Shown: positions 1 through 7,276 of the stretch, in pieces | Layout of the letters: every line of letters begins with the position of its first letter | Numbering within the stretch: the stretch's first letter is position 1 | Origin: an uncultured Clostridia bacterium | GTDB lineage: Bacteria; Bacillota; Clostridia; Oscillospirales; CAG-272 | DNA length: 26,081 nt | NCBI GenBank assembly: GCA_946404295.1 | Contig: CAMJDE010000001.1 | Span: forward strand, 1-26,081 | Reading direction: 5' to 3' | The notes under the pieces: model-generated | Database searches by the model: none | Told to the model about the DNA's origin: nothing | The model's input: only the letters and a program-made list of their open reading frames with translations | Position numbers and translations under genes: made by a program

Positions 1-64
1 GGCAATTAAAACAAAAAGGAATAATTAAGAATATCTTTAGATTTCCTTTGTCAAAAAAAGGGGG

Positions 65-93
65 TTGACATTTGAGAATTCATATGCTACAAT
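65..93 (+). promoter_or_regulatory. sigma-A promoter (TTGACA-N17-TACAAT, extended -10 TG)
   Basis: TTGACA at 65-70, 17-nt spacer, TGcTACAAT ending at 93. Confidence 0.8.
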
Positions 94-99
94 ATTAGT

Positions 100-211
100 G
101 TCAAATAGTAAGTCCTGTTGTTGTGCCATTATCAAGGTAAGCGCTATGTGTTGGCGTCACACGCAGGCAGTTGATGTTAAAGGGGCTCTCTTTTCGAGGG
201 GTCCCTTTTTG
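100..211 (+). ncRNA. candidate standalone small RNA (~110 nt), family unknown
   Basis: Bounded by a near-consensus promoter (65-93) and an intrinsic terminator (178-210). No convincing ORF is contained within it. Confidence 0.45.
178..210 (+). terminator. intrinsic terminator
   Basis: AAAAGGGGCTCTC-TTTTC-GAGGGGTCCC-TTTTT: GC stem with G:U pairs followed by a T5 tract. Confidence 0.75.
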
Positions 212-334
212 CTTAATACTATTCGGTATAAGCCGACCGTTTATACGAATACCGTTGCTTCATTGAAGGGTTTCAAATGATTTGATGGTGTTTTCTTTCA
301 ACTCTCGGTAGAACTTTTCTCTCCAAACGAGTTA

Positions 335-362
335 TTGCTTTTATCCGGGAACACGCTATAAT
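335..362 (+). promoter_or_regulatory. probable sigma-A promoter of XRE gene
   Basis: TTGCTT-N16-TATAAT. AAAGGAG RBS lies just before ATG 409. Confidence 0.55.
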
Positions 363-408
363 GGAAACAGGATGAGCGCGCGTCCAAATCAAGAAAAGGA
401 GAAAACCA

Positions 409-1221
409 ATGATTCAACTCGGAGAAAAAATTAAATCGTTGAGAAAGCGAAAGAACGTCTCGCAAGAGGTATTTGCCAACTATCTCGGCGTGTCTTTTCA
501 AGCCGTTTCAAAATGGGAGAACGGAATCACGATGCCGGACGTCGCCGCAATCCCGGCGATTGCGTCGTTCTTCGGCGTGTCGACCGACGAACTCTTCGAC
601 TTTAATCTGTATGAGATCGAGAAGAACGTGTCGGCGATCGTGGACGAGCATAGCAAATACTGGGATACCGACAAGAGAAAAGCGGAACGGATTATCCGCG
701 ACGGGCTGAAGAAGTATCCCGGGAACGACGTGCTGTTGAACTGTCTGATCGGCGTTCTTGATCTTCCCGAGCAGAGCGGCGAGGTCATTTCGACCGCAAA
801 AGCGCTGATTGAGAGTACCAAGTATGACGACGTGCGGCTCGACGCTTGGCGCATTCTGGCGGAGGCGTACGCAGCACAGGGCGAGATGCAAGCCGCAAAA
901 GACGCAATCGAGCATATTCCCGAATTGTACTTTTCCAAACTGGAGGTTGCCGCCCGACTTCTTTTGGGCGAGGAAAGGTATCTGTCCGCGCAGAAGCAGA
1001 AAAGGTTGTCCGCAGAGACGCTGGTCGATATGCTGCTGATCACGGGCAACTATCTGAAAGAGCAAGGCGACACCGAGAAAGCAAACAGTCAATTTGACAT
1101 CGCGCAAAAGGTGATCGACGCTTTGTCAGAGGATTTTACGGAAACCAGATGCTTTAAGACGTCGTTTTCCGAACGATTGCGCGATCAGCGAGATGAACTC
1201 ACTTGTCTTTTGAACAAATGA
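409..1221 (+). CDS. XRE-family HTH transcriptional regulator with C-terminal helical/TPR-like domain
   Basis: N-terminus LGEKIKSLRKRKNVSQEVFANYLGVSFQAVSKWENGITMPD is a classic HTH_3. C-terminus is helical with TPR-like repeats. Good RBS. Confidence 0.9.
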   Translation: MIQLGEKIKSLRKRKNVSQEVFANYLGVSFQAVSKWENGITMPDVAAIPAIASFFGVSTDELFDFNLYEIEKNVSAIVDEHSKYWDTDKRKAERIIRDGLKKYPGNDVLLNCLIGVLDLPEQSGEVISTAKALIESTKYDDVRLDAWRILAEAYAAQGEMQAAKDAIEHIPELYFSKLEVAARLLLGEERYLSAQKQKRLSAETLVDMLLITGNYLKEQGDTEKANSQFDIAQKVIDALSEDFTETRCFKTSFSERLRDQRDELTCLLNK

Positions 1222-1256
1222 AAAAACGCCCGCGCCGTGTCGCGCGGGCGTTTTTT
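1221..1256 (+). terminator. intrinsic terminator (bidirectional form)
   Basis: AAAAAACGCCCGCGC-CGTGTC-GCGCGGGCGTTTTTT directly after the XRE stop. Confidence 0.9.
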
Positions 1257-1284
1257 CGCTACGGGGTGCCGCAGGGCGCCCCGT

Positions 1285-1313
1285 TTGACACTTCGGTTCT
1301 CTCGTGCTATAAT
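1285..1313 (+). promoter_or_regulatory. sigma-A promoter of permease-GNAT operon
   Basis: TTGACA(1285-1290)-N17-TATAAT(1308-1313) with extended -10 TG. Confidence 0.85.
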
Positions 1314-1376
1314 AGTTTCGGTACTTCCGCGGACGGACTTCGCGCAGTCCGCAAAACCGCTTTTCGGGAGAACGAT

Positions 1377-2570
1377 ATGCAATCCAAGAAACTGACCTTT
1401 ATCGAATCGGTAATGCTGATTGCGGGGGCGGGGATCGGAACGGGGATCATCTCCATTCCGTACGCCATCGCCCGGATCGGGGTATTCGGGACGTTGACGG
1501 CGCTTGCCGTCGCGTACGTCGTCAGCGTGTTCACCTATCTGATGTTAGCCGATCTGGTGCGGAACTCGAAGGAGTCCGAGGACCTGATCGGGTCGCTGAA
1601 CGAGCACGTCTTTACGGGGAAGGGACGGAGAGTGCTGAACGTCGTCTTTCTCGTTCTGCTGGCGCTTCTCTTGCTCGAGTTCCTCGTCGTTTACACCCTC
1701 TGCGCCGGGAACGTGCTTGCCGATCTCCTCGGGATCAACGGCGCGCTTGCCAAGATCCTGTTCTACCTTGCCGCGTCGTCGATCGTGTTCGTCGGCGTGA
1801 AGGGAATGGGAGTCGGCGAGAAGATCTCGGTCACGCTGATCGGCGTGGTCGTGATCGGGCTGACGGTCCTTTCGCTCTTTCATCGGCACGGGACGATCCC
1901 CCTGTCCTTCGGGCGCGGGAGCGTCGTGTTCGCCGTCTACGGCTTGTTTATGTATTCCTTGTCGTCGACATTCGCCGTCATTCAGGTCTGCAATCACATC
2001 GAAAAACCCGAGCAGACCGACGCCCCCGCCGAAGGCGACGCGAAGAGGAAGCCCGACCGGACGGGGCAAGCCGTCGTGTGGGGCATCGCGCTGAACGGGA
2101 TCCTGACGACGGTGTTCTCGGTCGCGGTCATCCTCGGCTCCGAGAACGTGACCGAGATCGCGACGATCGGACTGTCCGAGGGGATCGGGATCCCGTTCGT
2201 CAAGGTTCTGTGTTCTCTGCTCGTGCTCGGCGCGATGTTCACGTCGTTCTGGTCGATCGGTTTTGCCTTTTCCGACGTGGTTTTCTGCCGTTTCAAACGG
2301 TCGACCCAACTGTCCTGGCTGATTACGACGCTGCCCGCGGCGTTGATTGCCGTTCTGGTTCCGCTCTCGGTTCTCGACTACGTGCAGATCGGCGCGGGGG
2401 CGCTCTCTCTGATCTTTCTGCTGGTCGTTTTTCCCGCCTATCTGCACGCGGTAAAGGATCCGATCCAACCGCTTCTGCTCGGGAAACTGTCCGGAAAACG
2501 GGGGCTGATCGCGTTCGTCGTGATCGGCACGGTTCTGATGGCTGCCGCGTCGCTGATCCCGATTTCGTAA
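1377..2570 (+). CDS. aromatic amino acid transport family permease (Trp/Tyr permease-like, APC superfamily)
   Basis: MQSKKLTFIESVMLIAGAGIGTGIISIPY matches the TM1 G-x-x-I-G-x-G-I-x-x-I-P-Y pattern, with about 11 hydrophobic segments. Start moved to ATG 1377 because the ORF-track start (1203) lies upstream of the terminator and promoter. Confidence 0.8.
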   Translation: MQSKKLTFIESVMLIAGAGIGTGIISIPYAIARIGVFGTLTALAVAYVVSVFTYLMLADLVRNSKESEDLIGSLNEHVFTGKGRRVLNVVFLVLLALLLLEFLVVYTLCAGNVLADLLGINGALAKILFYLAASSIVFVGVKGMGVGEKISVTLIGVVVIGLTVLSLFHRHGTIPLSFGRGSVVFAVYGLFMYSLSSTFAVIQVCNHIEKPEQTDAPAEGDAKRKPDRTGQAVVWGIALNGILTTVFSVAVILGSENVTEIATIGLSEGIGIPFVKVLCSLLVLGAMFTSFWSIGFAFSDVVFCRFKRSTQLSWLITTLPAALIAVLVPLSVLDYVQIGAGALSLIFLLVVFPAYLHAVKDPIQPLLLGKLSGKRGLIAFVVIGTVLMAAASLIPIS

Positions 2571-2591
2571 TCGACCTTCAAGGAGGGAACT

Positions 2592-3650
2592 ATGTCAGAG
2601 TACGAAGCCAAGCCCGAGGACGGGAGAGAAATATCGAGGATCCTTGACGCGTCGACGAGTAACGGGCTGATCGACCTTCTCTATACGAGGCGCCCGGACG
2701 CCTACGCGTCCTATCAGAAGGAACCGGGCGAAGCCCGCGTTTTCGCCCGGAAAAAGGACGGCGCAGTCGTTTCGACCTGCGCCGAACTGGTTCGCGACGT
2801 TTACGTCGGCGGGGAAGCGTGCAAAGCGGCGTATATCTGCGGGCTGAAAAAGGACCCCGACTATCCGGGCGGCGCCGGGATCAGCGCGAAGATCGTCCGG
2901 GAGTTTCAGCGCGACGATATCGACGCTTATTATTTCGGCGTTCTGACCGACAACCCCCGCGCCAAAGAGATGTTCGAGAAGACCTCGCGGCTCTTCTCCA
3001 CGCGGCACGTCACGTCCGTCAAAACCTATATCGTCAGCCCGCGGGCGAAGATCAAGGCGCCGAAGAACGCGTACGCCTTCCGGCAGGCGCGCGAGGACGA
3101 TCTGCCGGCGCTGCTCGCCTTTCTGCAGAGAGAGGGCGCGAAAAAGGATCTGTTTCCCGTCGTCCGGTCGCTCGACACGTTCTACAATCTCCATATCGGG
3201 GACTTTTACCTCTTGCTCGACGGCGGGGAGATCGTCGCCTGCGCCGCTCTCTGGAACTCGACCGGGTACAAGCAGTACGTCGTCCGGAAGTACAGCCCGC
3301 TTATGAAAATCGCACGGTTCTTAAACCCCTTGATCGCGGCGCTCGGGTTCATCCGGCTCCCGAAGGAAAACGCGCCGCTCGATTTTCCGATGCTGTCGTT
3401 TTTTCTCACCAAGGACGGGCGGGAAGACCTCTTCTATATCTACCTGAACCGGGTTCGGAAAGAGGTCGGAAAAAGGTACGGACTATACGTTTTTGCCCTG
3501 CCGGACGGGCACTTTGCGCGCAAAACCCTCGATCGGACGCACCACGTCGGTTTCCGGACGATGATCTACGAGATCCGCTTCCCGTGGAGCGGCCAATCGT
3601 ACAAAACGATCGATCCCGACCGCATGGCGACCGAAAGCGGATTGCTGTAA
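2592..3650 (+). CDS. GNAT-fold (probably tandem GNAT/NMT-like) acyltransferase-like protein
   Basis: AGGAGG RBS. Two GNAT-like halves (VYVGGEACKAAYICGLKKDPDY and YAFRQAREDDLPALLAFL...IVACAALWN). Substrate unknown. Confidence 0.55.
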   Translation: MSEYEAKPEDGREISRILDASTSNGLIDLLYTRRPDAYASYQKEPGEARVFARKKDGAVVSTCAELVRDVYVGGEACKAAYICGLKKDPDYPGGAGISAKIVREFQRDDIDAYYFGVLTDNPRAKEMFEKTSRLFSTRHVTSVKTYIVSPRAKIKAPKNAYAFRQAREDDLPALLAFLQREGAKKDLFPVVRSLDTFYNLHIGDFYLLLDGGEIVACAALWNSTGYKQYVVRKYSPLMKIARFLNPLIAALGFIRLPKENAPLDFPMLSFFLTKDGREDLFYIYLNRVRKEVGKRYGLYVFALPDGHFARKTLDRTHHVGFRTMIYEIRFPWSGQSYKTIDPDRMATESGLL

Positions 3651-3656
3651 AACACG

Positions 3657-3692
3657 AAAAAGACCGGGAGCAGCCGTTCGGCTGCTCCCGGT
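3657..3692. terminator. terminator between convergent GNAT and anti-sigma genes
   Basis: ACCGGGAGCAGCC..GGCTGCTCCCGGT 13-bp stem (3663-3692). The A-tract at 3657-3661 gives a U-tract on the minus strand. Confidence 0.85.
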
Positions 3693-3708
3693 TGCTTGAT
3701 CGGGATTC

Positions 3709-4446
3709 TCACGCCTCTTCTTCCGTCGGGGGGAGCGCGGCGAGCGTCTCTTCGGTCAGGCGGCGGGGAATGGGTTTGGCGTCGGAGATCACCTCGCAGA
3801 GGATGGGGAAGAGGAAGGCGACCTTGCCGCTCTTTTCGGCGGGCGCGACGAAGAGATAGGCGCCGTTGCCGGTATGCCAGCGGAAGAGCGAGGCGGTCCG
3901 TGTGATCAGAACAGAGGCGGGGGTGCGGAGGAATGCGCGATGAAGCGGAAGAGTTCCGACGCCGTAGCGGTCTTTCGACCGTTCGGGACTCTCCGGCACT
4001 CCGCCCGCGAGGTCGAAACGCACCGCCTCGCCGTAGCGAAGCGCGTCGGTTTCGCTCCCGCCGATTTGGTTGAATTGCGATTGGAAATACATATGCGCCG
4101 CGCTGTCCGTCAGGTGGGAGGAGCCGTCGAAGGCGGGATCGGTCTTTTCCCCGAGCAGCGTTTCGGAGACGCGAAAGAATTGTTCGGTCGAAGGGAGCGG
4201 GATCCCGGACGATCCGTGATTCACGGTCATCGAGTCGTGGGGGTTTTCCTCTATATAATCGGTCGAGGGAATAAGGCGATCGGGTCCGACGGTCCGGATC
4301 CCCGGGAAAAAGAACAACAGGCAGGTGAAGAGGAGCGCGAACGGGTAGGCGAGGGAGAGGGCGCTCCGGCGCTTTTCGCGGACGGTTTCACGCTTAGCGT
4401 CGATCCTTTTCAGCACTTCCGCTTTGTAGAAGTCAAGGTCTTTCAT
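3709..4446 (-). CDS. putative membrane-anchored anti-sigma factor
   Basis: Short charged N-terminus, a single TM (SALSLAYPFALLFTCLLFFFPGI) and a C-terminal domain of unknown family. The start overlaps the ECF stop as ATGA (4443-4446). Confidence 0.6.
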   Translation of the reverse strand: MKDLDFYKAEVLKRIDAKRETVREKRRSALSLAYPFALLFTCLLFFFPGIRTVGPDRLIPSTDYIEENPHDSMTVNHGSSGIPLPSTEQFFRVSETLLGEKTDPAFDGSSHLTDSAAHMYFQSQFNQIGGSETDALRYGEAVRFDLAGGVPESPERSKDRYGVGTLPLHRAFLRTPASVLITRTASLFRWHTGNGAYLFVAPAEKSGKVAFLFPILCEVISDAKPIPRRLTEETLAALPPTEEEA

Positions 4447-4994
4447 ATCAGTTCTTTTCCCTCCTCTCCGAGTAGTTCGCGCAGGGCTTTTTTGGCGCGG
4501 TAGAGCAGATTGTCGATCTGCTTTTTGTTTTTGCCCATGACCCGCGCCGCCTCTTCGTAGGACAGTCCGTCGAAATAGATCAGGTGGATCGCGACCGAGA
4601 GGTTCGCGGGCAGTTTTCCGAGCGCCTCCGACAGCACCCGGCTCCGTTCGTTTGACAAAACCGTCGCGGCGGGGTCAAAATCGTCTCCCGCGATCGCGTC
4701 GGGGTCGGGCAGATCGGCGTCCTGCCGTCACCTCTTCTTTTTCAGGTAGCGGAACGCCCCGTTCTTTCCGAGCATATAGAGGTAGGTTTTGAGCGAGGTG
4801 CGGAAATCGTAGCGGCGGGGATGAACGAAGAGGTCCGAGACGGCTTCCATCGCGATCTCTTCCGCCGCGCGGGCGTCGCGGACGTAGCGTTCGACAAAGA
4901 ACACGAGCCCGAAGAAAAAGGCGTCCATGATCGCGTCGAAGGCGCTTTCGTCGCCGCCGAGATAGCGGCGGTACAGTTCTCTGCCGTCGTCCAT
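4443..4994 (-). pseudogene. ECF sigma-70 factor (183 codons) with a single in-frame TGA at 4728-4730 (nonsense allele or readthrough)
   Basis: Sigma2 half (4731-4994): YRRYLGGDESAFDAIM...AEEIAMEA...FRTSLKTYLY. After the TGA the same frame continues RQDADLPDPDAIAGDDFDPAATVL into sigma4 (ALGKLP...LIYFDGLSYEEAARVMGKNKKQIDNLLYRAKKALRELL). GGAGG RBS before ATG 4994. Confidence 0.85.
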
Positions 4995-5036
4995 CGGATC
5001 CCCCCTCCCGCAAGTATTCTTCGCTCCGTTTCTCTT

Positions 5037-5065
5037 TTATAGATCGCGAGGGGCGAAAAGTCCTT
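5037..5065 (-). promoter_or_regulatory. 29-bp ECF-promoter-like repeat, copy 1 (upstream of ECF gene)
   Basis: Minus strand AAGGACTTTTCGCCCCTCGCGATCTATAA; 1 mismatch to copy 3. Confidence 0.65.
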
Positions 5066-5112
5066 GCGTTTTTTTGAAAAAAGTCGTAAAAAGCCGACTT
5101 TTTTCACCCTTT

Positions 5113-5141
5113 ATTGTAAAGGACGAGGGGGAAAAAGTCAA
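5113..5141 (-). promoter_or_regulatory. sigma-A promoter upstream of ECF gene
   Basis: Minus strand TTGACT-N17-TACAAT. Confidence 0.7.
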
Positions 5142-5155
5142 TCCCCGGGGCGGGG

Positions 5156-6397
5156 TCAGCCGTTCGGGTCGTTCAGCGTGCCGATGAAAAGAGGGAGATT
5201 GTTCTCGACGTCGTAGATCAGGTAGACGAAGGGGCGGTCGAGGGAGATTTCTTTCGGCGGTTCCAGATATATTCCGCCACAATAGTCGAGAAATACGCCG
5301 GTGACCGCCGCCGCTCGCGTTCCCGCCTCGCCGACCTCGATATAGGTCTTGTGCAGGACCCGGGAGATATAAAGACCGATCCCCGTGACGAGAGGATCGA
5401 CGATCCCCGAGAAGTCCGCCACGGAATCGTCGAACGCCTCGGTCATCCCGAGATTTTTGAGAGGGTCGTTCAATTTGAGCTCGGTTCTGCTCTTGAATTT
5501 CGGAAGACGGGTTATGACCGTACAGTTCCGTTTGTTTTGCAGGATGGTCGCGATCCGCTCTCCGTCGAGGGTGGCGATATAGTCCGCGACCGCGGTCCCT
5601 TCGCTCGGCAGGAGAGCCGCGAAAGCGTAGCGTCCGCCGGCGTAGGGCTTGACGAAGCCGAGCGCACGGTCGCCGTCTTCAAGGAACAGGCGTTCGGTGC
5701 CGCAGAGGAATTCCACCTCGACCTTGTCGCCGTTCTCTTTTGTGAAGTCGCCGGACCTGACCTCCGACTCCTGCCTGTACGGTTCCGCCCATTTCGCGTC
5801 GAAGGCGAGGGCGTTCAGGATCAGCATCATCGTTTCGCGCGGGATCTCGTCGACGAGCTTCTCGATCATTCCGTCGGTCTTCTCCCTGACCCAGCCGTTG
5901 ATCTCGTCGACCGCCTCCCGGTCAAAGGGAGTGCGGTACGCGGCGGCGCGGTAGACGTCGGCGCACGCCCCGAGAAACGCGTCCTTGACGGCCAGCCGAT
6001 CGTCGTTTCGGATCCAGAGCGCGTCGGCGAGCGCGAGTTTGCAGGTTTCGTCGTTCGGGAGATTTGCGAGATAGGCGTCAAAAAAGGCGTTCAGTTCCTC
6101 GACCGACGTGCCGAGAACGCTCTCCATCTGCGCCCGCGTTTCTCCCGCCGCGCCGGTTGCGGTCATGGCGAGGGCGGCGAGGACCGAGAGCGGGGAGAGC
6201 AGGGTATTGTTGCCGTCGTACGCCGCGCGGTAGAGCCGGATCGCGAAATCCAGCGTACCGGACGAGACGCCGGCTTCGGGCGTGATATCGACCGTCTGCG
6301 TCGGATCTTCTCTCCTCGCTGATCCGCACCCGGCGAGGGACAGGGCGAAGGCGACGAGCAGAAGCAGGGCGAGCAAGAGCGAGAGTGTTTTTTTCAT
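5156..6397 (-). CDS. serpin (serine protease inhibitor), lipoprotein; serpin A, 413 aa
   Basis: Lipobox LAGC after a signal peptide; SPLSV shutter motif; hinge EAGTRAAAVT; C-terminal DRPFVYLIYD...PLFIG. True start is ATG 6397 with AAAGGAG RBS; the ORF-track extension to 6994 is spurious. Confidence 0.95.
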   Translation of the reverse strand: MKKTLSLLLALLLLVAFALSLAGCGSARREDPTQTVDITPEAGVSSGTLDFAIRLYRAAYDGNNTLLSPLSVLAALAMTATGAAGETRAQMESVLGTSVEELNAFFDAYLANLPNDETCKLALADALWIRNDDRLAVKDAFLGACADVYRAAAYRTPFDREAVDEINGWVREKTDGMIEKLVDEIPRETMMLILNALAFDAKWAEPYRQESEVRSGDFTKENGDKVEVEFLCGTERLFLEDGDRALGFVKPYAGGRYAFAALLPSEGTAVADYIATLDGERIATILQNKRNCTVITRLPKFKSRTELKLNDPLKNLGMTEAFDDSVADFSGIVDPLVTGIGLYISRVLHKTYIEVGEAGTRAAAVTGVFLDYCGGIYLEPPKEISLDRPFVYLIYDVENNLPLFIGTLNDPNG

Positions 6398-6432
6398 ACG
6401 TTTCTCCTTTCGGGTGGTCCCCTTTTCACCCG

Positions 6433-6461
6433 TTATAGAACGCGAGGGGCGAATAGTCCTT
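6433..6461 (-). promoter_or_regulatory. 29-bp ECF-promoter-like repeat, copy 2 (upstream of serpin A)
   Basis: Minus strand AAGGACTATTCGCCCCTCGCGTTCTATAA; 1 mismatch to copy 3. Confidence 0.65.
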
Positions 6462-6464
6462 ATC

Positions 6465-6499
6465 AAAAAAGCGCCGCTCCCGAAAAAAGGGAGCGGTGC
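6465..6499 (-). terminator. intrinsic terminator after hypothetical gene
   Basis: Minus strand GCACCGCTCCC-TTTTTTC-GGGAGCGGCGC-TTTTTT. Confidence 0.75.
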
Positions 6500-6524
6500 G
6501 GGGAAAAAACAGCCGTTCGGGAGT

Positions 6525-7187
6525 TTAGCGCAGTTCGACGCGTCCGAAGACGTGCTCGTGGTCGAATCCGCAGCCGGCTTTCCCCGGCGTTTCGGGCGTG
6601 CGATCCGCGATGTATTCCGCGCTGACCATAAGGGTCCCGGAATCGTCGTACCAAAACAAGTAGATATCGTCACGGATGGGATCGCGCAGGCGGAGAGCGT
6701 CGTCTTCCTCAATCCTTTCCTCGATCTGCCGGACGAGCGCCGCGCGGATCCGATTGATTTGTTCCTGCGAGAAGCCGGTCGAGTAGAACCGCTTGAAGCC
6801 GTTTTCAAAACGCGACCACGTTCCCTCCGGGTTGCGTTGATTGGAGTAGAAACGACACATACAATCGGTTTCCATTCCTCCGAGGCAGAACGTAAACTCG
6901 ACCGAGAGATAATCGTTGTTGCCGACGACGCGCTCTCGCAGCATCTCGCGCGGGATCGCCCGCCAGGACGGATACTGTTCCAGCATTTTTTCATAATACT
7001 CGTCCAGGATCGCCTGTTTAGCGTCGGAATACTCCGCCTTAACGGGTTTGACCGCTTGGCGGGGGGAAACGGGGGTCAGGAACAGGACGGTTTCGGCGCC
7101 GGAGTTCTTCTCGTAGATCTCGGTCAGGGCGATCAGCCCGCCGAGCATCAGCAGGGAGACGACGAGCGAAACGATTTTGCGGATCAT
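6525..7187 (-). CDS. hypothetical exported/membrane-anchored protein (220 aa)
   Basis: AAAGGAGG RBS and an N-terminal hydrophobic segment (IVSLVVSLLMLGGLIAL). No family recognised. C-terminal GCGFDHEH motif. Confidence 0.75.
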   Translation of the reverse strand: MIRKIVSLVVSLLMLGGLIALTEIYEKNSGAETVLFLTPVSPRQAVKPVKAEYSDAKQAILDEYYEKMLEQYPSWRAIPREMLRERVVGNNDYLSVEFTFCLGGMETDCMCRFYSNQRNPEGTWSRFENGFKRFYSTGFSQEQINRIRAALVRQIEERIEEDDALRLRDPIRDDIYLFWYDDSGTLMVSAEYIADRTPETPGKAGCGFDHEHVFGRVELR

Positions 7188-7227
7188 ACGAATCCTCCTT
7201 TCGGGGGGATCATCCCCTATGCATCTG

Positions 7228-7256
7228 TTATAGAACGCGAGGGGCGAAAAGTCCTT
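7228..7256 (-). promoter_or_regulatory. 29-bp ECF-promoter-like repeat, copy 3 (upstream of hypothetical gene)
   Basis: Minus strand AAGGACTTTTCGCCCCTCGCGTTCTATAA. Confidence 0.65.
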
Positions 7257-7276
7257 ATCAAAAGGCGCGGGGGAAA

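Noticed and set aside
65-280. 71-aa ORF, or the 44-aa ORF from ATG 146
   Set aside because: The TTG start is the -35 box itself. The shorter ORF has only a weak AAGGT SD and crosses a terminator at 178-210. Not excluded, but unsupported.
1329-1352. Riboswitch or T-box in the permease leader
   Set aside because: The leader is only about 55 nt with one small hairpin (two alternative registers). No T-box sequence or known aptamer.
1203-1376. Upstream extension of the permease ORF
   Set aside because: It spans the XRE terminator and the permease promoter. ATG 1377 fits the family N-terminus.
4728-4730. Alternative genetic code (UGA = Trp/Gly)
   Set aside because: Many genes here end correctly at TGA (XRE, both serpins, anti-sigma) and Trp is encoded by TGG.
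6398-6994. 199-aa N-terminal extension of serpin A in the ORF track
   Set aside because: It overlaps the hypothetical gene in another frame and crosses a terminator and promoter. The signal peptide, lipobox and RBS define ATG 6397.
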